A stretch of DNA of 64,000 bases from an uncultured Trueperaceae bacterium. Its GTDB lineage: Bacteria; Deinococcota; Deinococci; Deinococcales; Trueperaceae. The stretch lies in assembly GCA_963727505.1 (NCBI GenBank), contig CAVSGP010000004.1:224001-288000 (forward strand), in the 5' to 3' direction. Positions 1-9,578 of the stretch are shown here, in pieces; positions within the stretch are counted from its first letter, which is position 1, and every line of letters starts with the position of its first letter. Both the position numbers and the translations under genes were made by a program. The notes below the pieces were generated by a model, which saw only the letters and a list, made by a program, of their open reading frames with translations, was not told the origin of the DNA and did no database searches.

Positions 1-1
1 C

Positions 2-793
2 GTGCTGCTGCTGGGCGCGATCCTGGCCTACCTGCGAAGCACCCGCAACGACCGGCTCGCACCCGGCGTGTGGTACGGCTTGCTGGCTGCGCTGGCCGCT
101 ACGGGCCTCACCTACGTCGCCGCATCGACCGTGCTGCGCTTCGCGCCCGCCTCGCGCGAGTTGCTCGCGGGCATCACCAGCGTGGTGGCGGTGGGCATCC
201 TGTTCTACCTGAGTTTCTGGATGTTGCAGCAGAGCGACCGGCGACGCCACATGGAGTTCATGCGGGCGCGGCTCGGCCAGGCGGTGCAGCGTGGCAGCCT
301 CCTCGCCGTTGCGGGGGCCGCGTTCGCCAGCGTCTACCGCGAAGGGTTCGAGACCGTGCTGCTCTACCAGGCGCTGGTCGGCGTCAGCGGGCCGGTGATG
401 GGCTACCTGTGGCTCGGGCTGGCCCTCGGGGTGGTCGCCCTTGCGCTGGTGGCGTTCCTGATCCTGCGCCTTCAGCGCAGGCTGCCCCTGCAGGTGTTCT
501 TCCGGGTCGCCGTCACCGTCACCGCGCTGCTGGCCGTCGCCTTCGCGGGCAACGCCGTGCGGGCGCTCCAGGGTGCCGGCTGGCTGCCGATCACCAACCT
601 CCTGGGGACGTTGCCGCGCCTCAACCCAAGCCTCGCGGCGCTGACCGGCTTCCACCCCACCCTCGAAACCGTGCTGGCGCAGGTCTGCTTGATCGGCGTC
701 TACGCGGTCGGGATGGTAGCATTCCTCCTGCGTCGGGGCCGGCTCAGGGCTCAACGTGCCGCCACCGCGACGGGTGAGACGTCCTCGAGCTGA
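2..793 (+). CDS. FTR1-family high-affinity iron permease (5'-truncated by window edge)
   Basis: Multi-TM protein with the REGFE (RExxE) iron-permease motif and FTR1-like C-terminal 'G.HPTLET' segment. Confidence 0.85.
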   Translation: MLLLGAILAYLRSTRNDRLAPGVWYGLLAALAATGLTYVAASTVLRFAPASRELLAGITSVVAVGILFYLSFWMLQQSDRRRHMEFMRARLGQAVQRGSLLAVAGAAFASVYREGFETVLLYQALVGVSGPVMGYLWLGLALGVVALALVAFLILRLQRRLPLQVFFRVAVTVTALLAVAFAGNAVRALQGAGWLPITNLLGTLPRLNPSLAALTGFHPTLETVLAQVCLIGVYAVGMVAFLLRRGRLRAQRAATATGETSSS

Positions 794-890
794 CGGCGGC
801 TCCTCGTATCACGGGCAGAATCCCACCGGCGGCCCCACGCGCCCGACGGTGGGGCGCTGGGTACCGCTCGCCCGCTCTGACGCCAAGGCC

Positions 891-2999
891 ATGACCACCC
901 CGAACCCCTCGCCGCCGCAAAGCGCCGTTCGCATCGGCATCGACGTCGGCGGGACCTTCACCAAGGGCGTCGCGCTCGACGCCGTCACCAGGAAGATCTA
1001 CGCACGCGTCCGCGTCGCCACCACGCACCATGCCTCCGAGGGCGTGGTGGCGGGCGTGCTGCAGGTCCTGGAGGGGCTTCTCGCTGCGCTACCGGCCGAT
1101 CGTCCGGTAGCGCTCGTGGCGCACGCCACCACGCAGGCCACCAACGCGCTACTCGAGGGCGACATGGCGCACGTGGGCTTGCTGGCGCTCGGGCCGGCCG
1201 CCGAGGAGCGCCTGATCCGCCGGCGCACGCAGCTCTCCGAGCTACGGCTGGCCGGTGGCCGGCCGCTCGAGCTGAGCTGGGCCTTCGTGCCTGCCGACGC
1301 GCCGGACTTCGACGCGCGCGTGCGCGCCCTGGCCGCGACCTGGCAGGTCGACGGGGTCGAGGTGGCGGCCGTGAGCCAGGCGTTCGCCGTCGAGGACCCT
1401 ACTCTCGAGCGCCGCGCGGCCGAGCTGCTGCGGGAGGCTGGCCTGCCCGCCACCGGCGGCTCGGAGCTGACCGGCGTCTACGGCCTGGAGATGCGCTCGA
1501 GCACCGCCGCCATCAACGCCTCGATCCTGCCCACCATGCTCCGGACCGCCGAGCACGTGGAGCGAGCGTTGGAGCGCACCCTGCCTGGCGTTCCCCTGCT
1601 GGTGGTCCGCGGCGACGGCGGCGCCGTCGATCTGCAGGGACTGCGCGAAGCTCCCATCCACACCGTCGTCAGCGGTCCCGCCGCCTCGCTGGCGGGCGCC
1701 ATCCTCTACCACGGCGTATCCGATGGCATCCTGTTCGAGGTCGGCGGCACCAGCACGAACATCGGCGCCGTCAAGGCAGGACGCCCGGTGATGAAGCACA
1801 TGACGGTGATGGACTTCCCCACGGCGTTGCGAGCGGCCGACATCCGCATCGCGGGCGTGGCGGGGGGCAGCCTGGTGCGCCTCTCGGGCCGACGTATCGA
1901 GGAAGTGGGGCCGCGCAGCGCGCATATCGCCGGCCTTCCCTACGCGTCTCTCGCCGACCCAGCCGATCTAGAAGGCGCGCGCCTCGAGCGCATCGCGCCG
2001 CGCCCCGGAGATCCCGCCGACTACGTCGTCATCGACGCCGCCGGCGGCCGTTTCGCGATCACACCCACCTGCGCGGCCAACGCCCTGGGCCGCCTTCCGA
2101 CCGACGACCCCGGCTACCGAGAAGCGGACGCCGCCCGCAGGGCACTGGCACCACTGGCACGCAGTCTCGGCGCCGGGATCGACGACGTGGCGGTGGCGGT
2201 GCTGGAAGCCAGCGCCGAGAAGCTCACCCGCACGGTGCGGGCCGTGGCCGACGACCACGACCTTGGGGGCACCCGGCTCTACGGCGGCGGCGGCGCCGCC
2301 CGCGTGCTGGGCCCGGTGGTCGCCGCGCGCCTGGGCATGCCGTTCGAGTGCATTCCCGAGCCCGACATCATCTCCAGCATCGGAGCCGCCCTCACGTTGA
2401 TCCGCGTGGAGCGCGAACGCAACGCCGGCATCGACGATCCCACCGTCGGCGACCTGCTGTTGCGCGAGGTCGAGGGGGAGGCCGTGCGGCTCGGCGCGGA
2501 CCCGGCGCGCCTGCAGTCCGAGGTCCACTACCTGCCCGAGGAGCGACTGCTGCGCGCCGTGGCGTTCGGGGCTCATCCCGTCGACGGTCATCAGGGTGAC
2601 CTCGACGACGACGTGCTGCGCACGCTCGCACGTCCGCAGCTCGGAGGCGGCCCCTGCGAGCTGCGCTACCGGAGCCCGGCACTGGTGCTGCTCAGCGGCG
2701 AGCGCCAGGAGCGCCGCCTGTTCTCCCGCATCCACCGTCACCCGATGGTGGCGATGGACCGGCGCGGAGCACGACTGCTGGAGCTCGACGACGCCACCAT
2801 CCTGACCGGCGCTCCGGGCGAGGTGCTGGCCGCTCTCGAGGCCCGTCTCGGGACCGGCACCGCGCCCCGGACGCACGCCGTCACGCCGCGCCGACTCATC
2901 GATTGCAGCCACCTGAGCGATCCCGACGCCCTGCGGCGCTTCCTCCGGGGCGCCTTCAGGCTCGAGACCCAGGTGGCGCTGGTCCTGAACGAGAGCTGA
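891..2999 (+). CDS. Hydantoinase/oxoprolinase family ATP-dependent protein
   Basis: Motifs IGIDVGGTFT, TTQATNALLEG, SGPAAS, EVGGTST. ATG at 891 chosen over the track start at 756. Confidence 0.8.
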   Translation: MTTPNPSPPQSAVRIGIDVGGTFTKGVALDAVTRKIYARVRVATTHHASEGVVAGVLQVLEGLLAALPADRPVALVAHATTQATNALLEGDMAHVGLLALGPAAEERLIRRRTQLSELRLAGGRPLELSWAFVPADAPDFDARVRALAATWQVDGVEVAAVSQAFAVEDPTLERRAAELLREAGLPATGGSELTGVYGLEMRSSTAAINASILPTMLRTAEHVERALERTLPGVPLLVVRGDGGAVDLQGLREAPIHTVVSGPAASLAGAILYHGVSDGILFEVGGTSTNIGAVKAGRPVMKHMTVMDFPTALRAADIRIAGVAGGSLVRLSGRRIEEVGPRSAHIAGLPYASLADPADLEGARLERIAPRPGDPADYVVIDAAGGRFAITPTCAANALGRLPTDDPGYREADAARRALAPLARSLGAGIDDVAVAVLEASAEKLTRTVRAVADDHDLGGTRLYGGGGAARVLGPVVAARLGMPFECIPEPDIISSIGAALTLIRVERERNAGIDDPTVGDLLLREVEGEAVRLGADPARLQSEVHYLPEERLLRAVAFGAHPVDGHQGDLDDDVLRTLARPQLGGGPCELRYRSPALVLLSGERQERRLFSRIHRHPMVAMDRRGARLLELDDATILTGAPGEVLAALEARLGTGTAPRTHAVTPRRLIDCSHLSDPDALRRFLRGAFRLETQVALVLNES

Positions 3000-3009
3000 G
3001 GAGGAGACC

Positions 3010-3465
3010 ATGCTGTACCGACGCCAGCGCCACTTCCCCGCCTACCTGGCAGTGCTGATCACCGCCGTCGTCGTCTTCCCGCTGGCGTTCCTGCTGGGCC
3101 GCGCTACGGCGCCGACTCCGAGCCTCGCTACCCAGCTCACGCCCTCGATCTACGCCGTGCAGCACGCGCAGGGAACGCTCGACGTGGTGGACCTGGAGTA
3201 CGCCCGCGCGACGGGCGGAGGCCAGAGCGCCGGGGCCCAGACCGGCGACAGCCTCACCGCCGCCAAGGACGCCGCCCGCCGCGGGCTCGACGACCTCGAC
3301 CAGGCGACGGACCTCTCCCGCCTGTACCCCGATCGCGCCCGACAGGCGCGCGCCGATTTCGAGGCGCTCCTGCGCGCGATCGACCGGCGCGCCGCTCTCG
3401 ACGAGGTGAAGACGCTGACCGGCGCGCTCCGCGCCGACCTGGCCGCCATCGTCCCGGCGCTGTAG
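3010..3465 (+). CDS. Hypothetical membrane-anchored helical protein
   Basis: GAGGAG SD directly after the upstream stop; N-terminal TM segment followed by an amphipathic helical region. Confidence 0.7.
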   Translation: MLYRRQRHFPAYLAVLITAVVVFPLAFLLGRATAPTPSLATQLTPSIYAVQHAQGTLDVVDLEYARATGGGQSAGAQTGDSLTAAKDAARRGLDDLDQATDLSRLYPDRARQARADFEALLRAIDRRAALDEVKTLTGALRADLAAIVPAL

Positions 3466-3577
3466 GTGCGGCGGGGCGGCGCGCACCAAGACAACGGAAC
3501 TACTTCAGCGCGTTGCCCCGCCCACCACGCACGTCGTACAATGCCGGGCGCGACCGCGCCCACGCGCGGCGCCATGC

Positions 3578-3654
3578 GCGCCCGTAGCTCAGCTGGACAG
3601 AGCAGGGGACTCCTAAGCCCAAGGTCATAGGTTCGAATCCTATCGGGCGCACCA
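3578..3654 (+). tRNA. tRNA-Arg(CCT)
   Basis: Cloverleaf: GCGCCCG/CGGGCGC acceptor, TTCGAAT T-loop, CCT anticodon, A20, encoded CCA. The anticodon stem has two mismatches. Confidence 0.88.
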
Positions 3655-3679
3655 CCACGACGCTGGTCGAGCGTCCCGG

Positions 3680-4534
3680 CTACTCGCCGCGGTCGGCCAG
3701 CGTCGACCCCACCGACGCCACCGTGATCGCGGCCAGGGCCGTCACCTGCCGTGGCCCCAGCACGTCTCCCAACAGCACGATGCCGACCAGGGCGGCGATG
3801 GCGGGCTCGCTGCTGAGCAACACCCCGAAGGCGCGCGCGCGCATCCTCCGCATCGCCTCGAATTCCAGCGAGAACGGCACGATCGTCGAGATCAGCGCCA
3901 CGGCCAGCCCAAGCAGGAGGAAACGGGGTTCGAGCAGCGCCGCGCCTGCCCGCCCCACCCCCGCCGGAAGCAGCACCACCGCCGCCACCGCCATAGCCAG
4001 CGCCAGCCCCTGCAACCCCGGCAGGGTGCGCCCCAGCTTCCCACCCACCACGATGTACAGACCCAGGCAGGTGGCTGCTGCGGCGGCGTAGGCCAGCCCG
4101 ACCGGGTCGAGCGGCACGCCCCCGAGCGGCGCGAGGAGCACGATGCCCGTCGCAGCCAGCCCGACCCACAGCAGATCGCGCGCCCGCCGCGTGCCGAGGA
4201 GCGCCACGGTCAGCGGCCCCGCGAACTCGATGGTGGCGACCACGCCGAGCGGCAGCCGCGCCAGCGCCTCGTAGAAGAACAGGTTGAGCCCGGCGAGGAT
4301 GAGGCCGAAGGCCAGCAACCGCCGCACATCGGCACGCGTCAAGGCCGTCAACTGCGGACGCGTCAGCGTCAGCAGGACGCCGGCGCCGAGCGCCAGGCGT
4401 GCGAAGGCCGTGCCCTGCTCTCCCCAGGCGCCGAACAGCCGGGTCGCCAGCGCTGCACCGAGGTGGATCGACACGATAGCGGCGATCTCCAGCGCCGGGG
4501 CAGGCGTTACCCGCACCAGACGGCGGGCTACCAC
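3680..4534 (-). CDS. EamA/DMT transporter, RhtA-like
   Basis: About 10 TM helices; motifs 'LPLGVVATIEFAGPL', 'PFSLE', 'FGVLLSSEPA'. Start uncertain (GTG 4534). Confidence 0.8.
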   Translation of the reverse strand: MVARRLVRVTPAPALEIAAIVSIHLGAALATRLFGAWGEQGTAFARLALGAGVLLTLTRPQLTALTRADVRRLLAFGLILAGLNLFFYEALARLPLGVVATIEFAGPLTVALLGTRRARDLLWVGLAATGIVLLAPLGGVPLDPVGLAYAAAAATCLGLYIVVGGKLGRTLPGLQGLALAMAVAAVVLLPAGVGRAGAALLEPRFLLLGLAVALISTIVPFSLEFEAMRRMRARAFGVLLSSEPAIAALVGIVLLGDVLGPRQVTALAAITVASVGSTLADRGE

Positions 4535-4679
4535 ATCCGCCGCCGATACGGGGAGCGGTGCGGGTGCGATGCGGGCGGGTGAGCGGCCATGGTGGGCGGC
4601 CAATCTACCGCATCCCGGCGAACGCGGCGATGCGGACTCCACCACACCCGCCCTCCCACCGACCCGCCTAGACTGTGCC

Positions 4680-4850
4680 GTGATCGGACATCTGCTGGCC
4701 TTCGTCCTCTTCGGCGTCGTGTACACGCTCTTCCGGCTGGTAGCCGGCCACGGCATGGGCCTCGTACCCTCGCTGGTCGTCAGCATCCCTTGCGAGGTGG
4801 CCGGCGTGGTGGCCGGCCGGTCGGTGAAACGCTGGATGCAGGGCGGCTGA
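4680..4850 (+). CDS. Small hydrophobic membrane protein (56 aa)
   Basis: Two hydrophobic segments; GTG start 5 nt after TAGACT -10 box; lies in an intergenic gap. Confidence 0.5.
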   Translation: MIGHLLAFVLFGVVYTLFRLVAGHGMGLVPSLVVSIPCEVAGVVAGRSVKRWMQGG

Positions 4851-5033
4851 GCGACGCCGTCCCCAGGATGTAGGGGAATCTCCGACAGGCGCGTCGGAAA
4901 GACGGGGATGGGGGCCGCTCCCCCGTGGTCCTAGGCTGGCATCGAGGAGTGCCCTGAGGCGCTGAGGCTCCATCGGGAGCCCGCCAGCAGCCTGCCGGGA
5001 GCACACCGGCTCAGGACCTCGAAGGGGGTCGCC

Positions 5034-5492
5034 ATGCTGGTCAGCGATTGGATGGTCGCAGATCCTGTCACCGTCACGCCGGAGACCAAGCTCTTCGAGG
5101 CGCAGAAGGTGATGCGCGACGGCGGGTTCCGGCGCCTGCCGGTGGTATCCCGGGGACGTCTCGTCGGCATCGTGACGGACCGCGACCTCCGGGAGGCCGC
5201 GCCGTCCAAGGCGACCAGCCTGTCGGTGTTCGAGCTCAACTACCTTCTCAGCCGCCTCGCGGTCCACGACGTGATGAAGACGGCCGTCTTGACCATCTCG
5301 CCCGACGACCCGATCGAGCGGGCCGCCCTGCTGATGAACGAGCACAAGATCTCGGGCCTGCCCGTCGTCGACGGCGACGCCGTAGTGGGCATCCTCACCA
5401 TCACCGACCTGCTGCAGGCACTGGTATCCCTGCTCGACCTGGAGACCGGAGGCCGCGCCACACCGCTCGAGCGCGAAGCCCCGTCCAACTGA
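5034..5492 (+). CDS. CBS-pair domain protein (AcuB-like)
   Basis: Two CBS repeats: 'RRLPVV..GRLVGIVTDRDL' and 'ISGLPVVD..VGILTITDLL'. Confidence 0.9.
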   Translation: MLVSDWMVADPVTVTPETKLFEAQKVMRDGGFRRLPVVSRGRLVGIVTDRDLREAAPSKATSLSVFELNYLLSRLAVHDVMKTAVLTISPDDPIERAALLMNEHKISGLPVVDGDAVVGILTITDLLQALVSLLDLETGGRATPLEREAPSN

Positions 5493-5522
5493 CCCCGACT
5501 CTCCTTCTACCTCCTAGCGCAC

Positions 5523-5558
5523 CCTGTCCGCGGCTCTTCTGCCGCGGACAGGCGTTTC
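5523..5558. terminator. Hairpin between the convergent CBS and hydrogenase genes
   Basis: CCTGTCCGCGGC-TCTTCT-GCCGCGGACAGG, a 12-bp perfect stem followed by CGTTTC. Confidence 0.55.
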
Positions 5559-5597
5559 TGGCGGTCGGCCGCTTCCTGGGCGCGCTCCAGGCCGCCG

Positions 5598-6062
5598 TCA
5601 GGGCACGAACGCTGCGCCGATCTCATCCAGGATCTCGGCCGCGACACGATCGACCGCCTCCAACACCGCCGGCGAGAGCCCCTCACCGGGCTCGAACATG
5701 CTGCCCTGGACGCCGAACACCAGCAAGCGTCCCGGCAGGGCGCCGAGCGTCCGTGCCAGCTCGACCACGTTGGCAAGGGGCAGCAGGTGGCTCGAGGAGC
5801 CTGCGGGCAGGGTCGCTCCGGCCAGGGCGGTGGCATCGATCCGCCGCGTCGCTCCCGGCACCAGCCCCGCATCCATGGCGTCCACCACGATGGCGACGTC
5901 AGCGTCGCGCCACACCTCGATGAGGTCGGCGGGCTCGCCGGCGTTCACGAGGACGGTCACACCCGGCCCCGCGGCGTGGGCCACCTTCAGCGCCACCGCC
6001 GGCCCCACGCCGTCGTCGCCACGCAGCTCGTTGCCGAGCCCGGCGATCAACACCCGCGTCAC
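5598..6062 (-). CDS. Hydrogenase maturation protease
   Basis: 'GLGNELRGDDGVG', 'VVDA', 'SSH' motifs. GTG start overlaps the large-subunit stop (GTGA). Confidence 0.88.
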   Translation of the reverse strand: MTRVLIAGLGNELRGDDGVGPAVALKVAHAAGPGVTVLVNAGEPADLIEVWRDADVAIVVDAMDAGLVPGATRRIDATALAGATLPAGSSSHLLPLANVVELARTLGALPGRLLVFGVQGSMFEPGEGLSPAVLEAVDRVAAEILDEIGAAFVP

Positions 6063-7366
6063 GGCCGGCGTTCCACCGAGAGATCCAGGAAATGCGTGGC
6101 GCAGGAGATGCAGGGATCGTAGTTGCGGATGGCCTGCTCGCACTGCCAGGTCAACGCCTGATCGTCGAGGTCCAGGTGGGCTTCCACGAAGCGCGCCAGG
6201 TCGTCCTCGATGGCGCGCTGGTTCTGCGACGTGGGCGGCGTGATGACCGCTTCCTCGATGGTGCCGTCCGCGGCAAGCGTGTAGCGGTGGTAGAGCAGTC
6301 CGCGTGGGGCCTCGCTCCAGCCCGATCCCCGGCCGGCCCGGGGCGGAACGTCGGCGGCGCTGGGATCGGGGCGCCGGTAGCGCTGGACGAGCGACAGCGC
6401 CTCCTCGACGGCGTACAGCGTCTCCACCGCCCGAACCACGATGCTCTGGAAGGGGTTGCGGCAGGTGGGACCCAATCCGGCCTCCCGGGCCGCGGTCTGC
6501 GCCCGGGCCGACAGCCGGTCGAAGTTCAGGCTGTAGCGCGCCAGCGGGCCGGTCATGTACGTCCCGCGCCCGCGCAGCACGGCGTGCAGGGCGTTGGAGT
6601 GCTCGACGTGAAGCTCCTCGACGTGGTCCTCGAACTCCTCGGGACCGATGTCGAGGCCGCGGTCGGACACCATGCGTCCCGCCTCCATGGGGTAATCGTG
6701 CGAGTGGCGCAGCGACACGTACTCGTGGTCGTGCTCGAAGTCCGGGAACGTGAAGCCGCCCACCCAGCGCACCGTCTCCTCCGCTGCTTCCAGAGCGCGC
6801 TGCAGCGGCTCGACCAGCACCTCCAGCTCGGAAGCGCTCGGAGCCCGGTAGAAGCCCCCCACGCGCACGTTCACCGGGTGGACGGCGCGGCCGCCGACCA
6901 CGTTCATGAGGTCGTTGCCCGCCTTCTTGAGCGTCAGCCCGCGTTGGACCACGTCGGGAACGACCTTGGCGAGCTCGAGCGCGCTGGCGTAGCCGAGGAA
7001 ATCCGGGGCGTGCAGCAGGTAGATGTGAAGGGCGTGGCTCTGGATCCACTCGCCGCAGTACAGCAGCCGCCGGAGCGCCTGCACGGAGGCGTCGACCTCG
7101 ACCCCGCAGGCCGCCTCGATGGCCTGCACGGCGCTGGTCTGGTAAGCCACCGGACAGATGCCACAGATGCGCGCCGTGATGTCGGGCGGTTCGGTGTAGG
7201 CGCGGCCCCGCAGGAACGCCTCGAAGAAGCGCGGCGGTTCGTAGATGTCGAGCGCGACCTCCTCGACGGTCTGCCCGCGCACGCGCACACGCATGGCGCC
7301 CTCGCCCTCCACCCGGGCGAGCGCCCCTACGCTGATCCTGCGCATCTCGCGCGCCTCAGAGTCCAT
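6059..7366 (-). CDS. Group 3b [NiFe]-hydrogenase large (alpha) subunit
   Basis: 'RVEGEG', L1 'RICGIC', 'EAPRG', L2 'DPCISCATH' plus a short cleavable C-terminal tail. Confidence 0.93.
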   Translation of the reverse strand: MDSEAREMRRISVGALARVEGEGAMRVRVRGQTVEEVALDIYEPPRFFEAFLRGRAYTEPPDITARICGICPVAYQTSAVQAIEAACGVEVDASVQALRRLLYCGEWIQSHALHIYLLHAPDFLGYASALELAKVVPDVVQRGLTLKKAGNDLMNVVGGRAVHPVNVRVGGFYRAPSASELEVLVEPLQRALEAAEETVRWVGGFTFPDFEHDHEYVSLRHSHDYPMEAGRMVSDRGLDIGPEEFEDHVEELHVEHSNALHAVLRGRGTYMTGPLARYSLNFDRLSARAQTAAREAGLGPTCRNPFQSIVVRAVETLYAVEEALSLVQRYRRPDPSAADVPPRAGRGSGWSEAPRGLLYHRYTLAADGTIEEAVITPPTSQNQRAIEDDLARFVEAHLDLDDQALTWQCEQAIRNYDPCISCATHFLDLSVERRP

Positions 7367-8243
7367 CCCGCGACCCCCCTTCGGCGTCCGAACCCGATCC
7401 GTACGGATCCTCACGGCCGAAGGCCGGCGCAGCGGCGTTGAACGTGCGCAGCGCGCGGCGACTCGCTTCCTCGTCCATGCCCAGGCTGTCGCGCCACCAG
7501 CGCATGAGCGAGCCCACGTTGGCGGTCTCGGCGGGGCCGAAGCAGGCGTAGCAGCCGCGGCCGACCGCGGGGCACAGAGCCCCGCACCCCGCCTGGGTGA
7601 TGGGACCCATGCAGGGCACGCCCCGGGACACCATCACGCAGGGGATGCCGCGACGCTTGCAGGACTGACACACGCTCACCGTGGGGAGTTGTGGCCGGCG
7701 CTGGTGCAGCAGGGCGCCGATGGCCTCGAGGAGCTGTTCCTTGGCGATGGGGCATCCGCGCAGCTCCAGATCGACCTTGATGTGCGCGGCGAGGGGTGTG
7801 GCGGTCGGCAGCACCTCCAGCACCTCGGGATGGGCGTATACGGCCCGGGCGTAGGCGTCCACGTCAGCGTAATTGCGCAGCGACTGGATTCCGCCCGCGG
7901 TAGCGCAGGCACCGATGGCGATCACCGTGGTCGATTCCTGCCGGATCGCCTGGATGCGCTCCCGTTCGTCAGGGGTCGTGATCGAGCCCTCGACCAACGA
8001 CACGTCATACGGTCCTTCGACGACGGCGCTCGACGCTTCCAGGAAGTACGCCACCTCTAGACGATCGGCCAGCGCCAGCAGCTCCTCCTCGCAGTCGAGC
8101 AGCGTCAACTGACAACCATCGCAGGAAGAGAACTTCCACACTGCCAGCCGGGGGCGGCGCCGTCCTGCACCCTCACCGCCGCCCGGCCGCGCTCCGCGCC
8201 GCTGCACGGCGTCCGCCTCGTTGGTGATCACGTCGTCCCTCAC
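7356..8243 (-). CDS. Group 3b [NiFe]-hydrogenase small (delta) subunit
   Basis: 'KFSSCDGC', 'EGS', 'GACA', 'GCP' and a C-terminal Cys cluster. GTG start overlaps the gamma stop. Confidence 0.9.
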   Translation of the reverse strand: MRDDVITNEADAVQRRGARPGGGEGAGRRRPRLAVWKFSSCDGCQLTLLDCEEELLALADRLEVAYFLEASSAVVEGPYDVSLVEGSITTPDERERIQAIRQESTTVIAIGACATAGGIQSLRNYADVDAYARAVYAHPEVLEVLPTATPLAAHIKVDLELRGCPIAKEQLLEAIGALLHQRRPQLPTVSVCQSCKRRGIPCVMVSRGVPCMGPITQAGCGALCPAVGRGCYACFGPAETANVGSLMRWWRDSLGMDEEASRRALRTFNAAAPAFGREDPYGSGSDAEGGSRDGL

Positions 8244-9130
8244 GCTTCCGCCACCTGCAAGAGGTCCTTCACGTTCCCGAAGGGATAGACCGGGCCGTCC
8301 CGGCACACGAAGCTGGGTCCGAACTGGCAGTGGCCACACAGTCCGACGCCGCACTTCATGTTGCGTTCCATCGATACGTGGATCCTCGGTTCGGCCACCC
8401 CTCGCTTCAACAGCTCGAGCGCCGCGAAGCGCATCATCAACTCCGGTCCGCACACCATCGCCACCGCCTCTGCGGTGTCGACCGGGGCCCGCCCGATCAG
8501 CGTGGTGACGAAACCCACCGACCCCTTCCAACTCTCGTTGGCGCGATCGACCGTGATGGCGACGTCGAGATCGAGCCTGGAGCGCCAGTGGCGTAATTCG
8601 TCGACGAACACCATCTCCGCGGGGCGGCGGGCGCCGTAGAGCAGCGCCACCCTCCCGAAGCGCTCGCGCCTGGCGAGGACCTGGTACAGCACCGGGCGCA
8701 GCGGCGGCAGCCCGATGCCTCCCGCCACGATGACGAGGTCGCGGCCCTCGGCTTCGCCCACCGGCCACGCGCTGCCGAACGGTCCTCGCACGCCGACGGG
8801 ATCGCCCGGACCCAGCGCGCTCAGGTGCCGCGTGACGGCGCCGACCGTTCGCACGGTATGGATGAGGCGCTCCCCGTCAGCGGGATCGCCGCTGATCGAG
8901 ATCGGCACCTCCCCCGCCCCGAAGGCGTACAGCATGTTGAACTGGCCGGGTCGGAACGCGGGAACGGCTCCGGCAGGCGGAGGAGCATCGGGACCGGGAC
9001 CGCCCGCCGGCCGCAGCTCCACCGTGAAGGTGTCCGCGGTCTCGGTCCAGCGCCGCACGACCACGTAGGGACGTGGGAGCATCGCCGCGTTGGCGACGGG
9101 ACCGAACGAGGCCTCAGAGCGGCTGTCCAT
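8240..9130 (-). CDS. Hydrogenase gamma subunit (FAD/NAD(P)-binding, [2Fe-2S])
   Basis: 'PGQFNML', 'GEVPISIS', 'AGGIGL', 'CGPE', '[11 protein letters not shown]...CRDGP'. Confidence 0.9.
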   Translation of the reverse strand: MDSRSEASFGPVANAAMLPRPYVVVRRWTETADTFTVELRPAGGPGPDAPPPAGAVPAFRPGQFNMLYAFGAGEVPISISGDPADGERLIHTVRTVGAVTRHLSALGPGDPVGVRGPFGSAWPVGEAEGRDLVIVAGGIGLPPLRPVLYQVLARRERFGRVALLYGARRPAEMVFVDELRHWRSRLDLDVAITVDRANESWKGSVGFVTTLIGRAPVDTAEAVAMVCGPELMMRFAALELLKRGVAEPRIHVSMERNMKCGVGLCGHCQFGPSFVCRDGPVYPFGNVKDLLQVAEA

Positions 9131-9578
9131 AGAGATCCAGGAGCTGCAGGCGCGTGGCCTGCAGTCGCGCGGTCACGATGCCCGCGAAGCGCTTCATGAG
9201 CTCGTAGCCCAGGGAGGGGTCGTCATCACACTTGCCGCGAAGACAGGTGCCGTCGAAGGCCGTGGCGCGGACGTCGGACATGGTGCGCGCGTCGAACTGC
9301 CAGGTGTAGGGCGGGAAGAGCCAGGACCAGCCCAGTACCTCCCCCTCGCCCAGCGTCTCGAGGCGTCGCGAGGGCCCGCCCGCGAAACGGATCTCGAGGC
9401 TCACGATGCCCCCGCGCAGCACGAAGAAGCGGTCGGCCGGCTCGCCGAATTTGAAGATCGTATCGCCGGTATTGAAGTGGACGTTCCAGCCGCAGCCTGC
9501 GATGAAGTCGAGCTGGTCCTTGTCGAGGCCCGCGAACACGGGGCTGGCGCTCAACAGCGCCGTCATGTCTCGCATCAT
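9114..9578 (-). CDS. Stand-alone cyclic-nucleotide-binding (Crp-like) domain protein without HTH
   Basis: 'GDTIFKFGEPADRFFVLRGG', 'GEVLGWSWL'; 154 aa. ATGA overlap with the beta subunit stop. Confidence 0.85.
   Translation of the reverse strand: MMRDMTALLSASPVFAGLDKDQLDFIAGCGWNVHFNTGDTIFKFGEPADRFFVLRGGIVSLEIRFAGGPSRRLETLGEGEVLGWSWLFPPYTWQFDARTMSDVRATAFDGTCLRGKCDDDPSLGYELMKRFAGIVTARLQATRLQLLDLYGQPL

Noticed and set aside
6059..6130. Selenocysteine ([NiFeSe]) possibility in the large subunit
   Set aside because: L2 reads DPCISC with ordinary Cys codons; there is no in-frame TGA.
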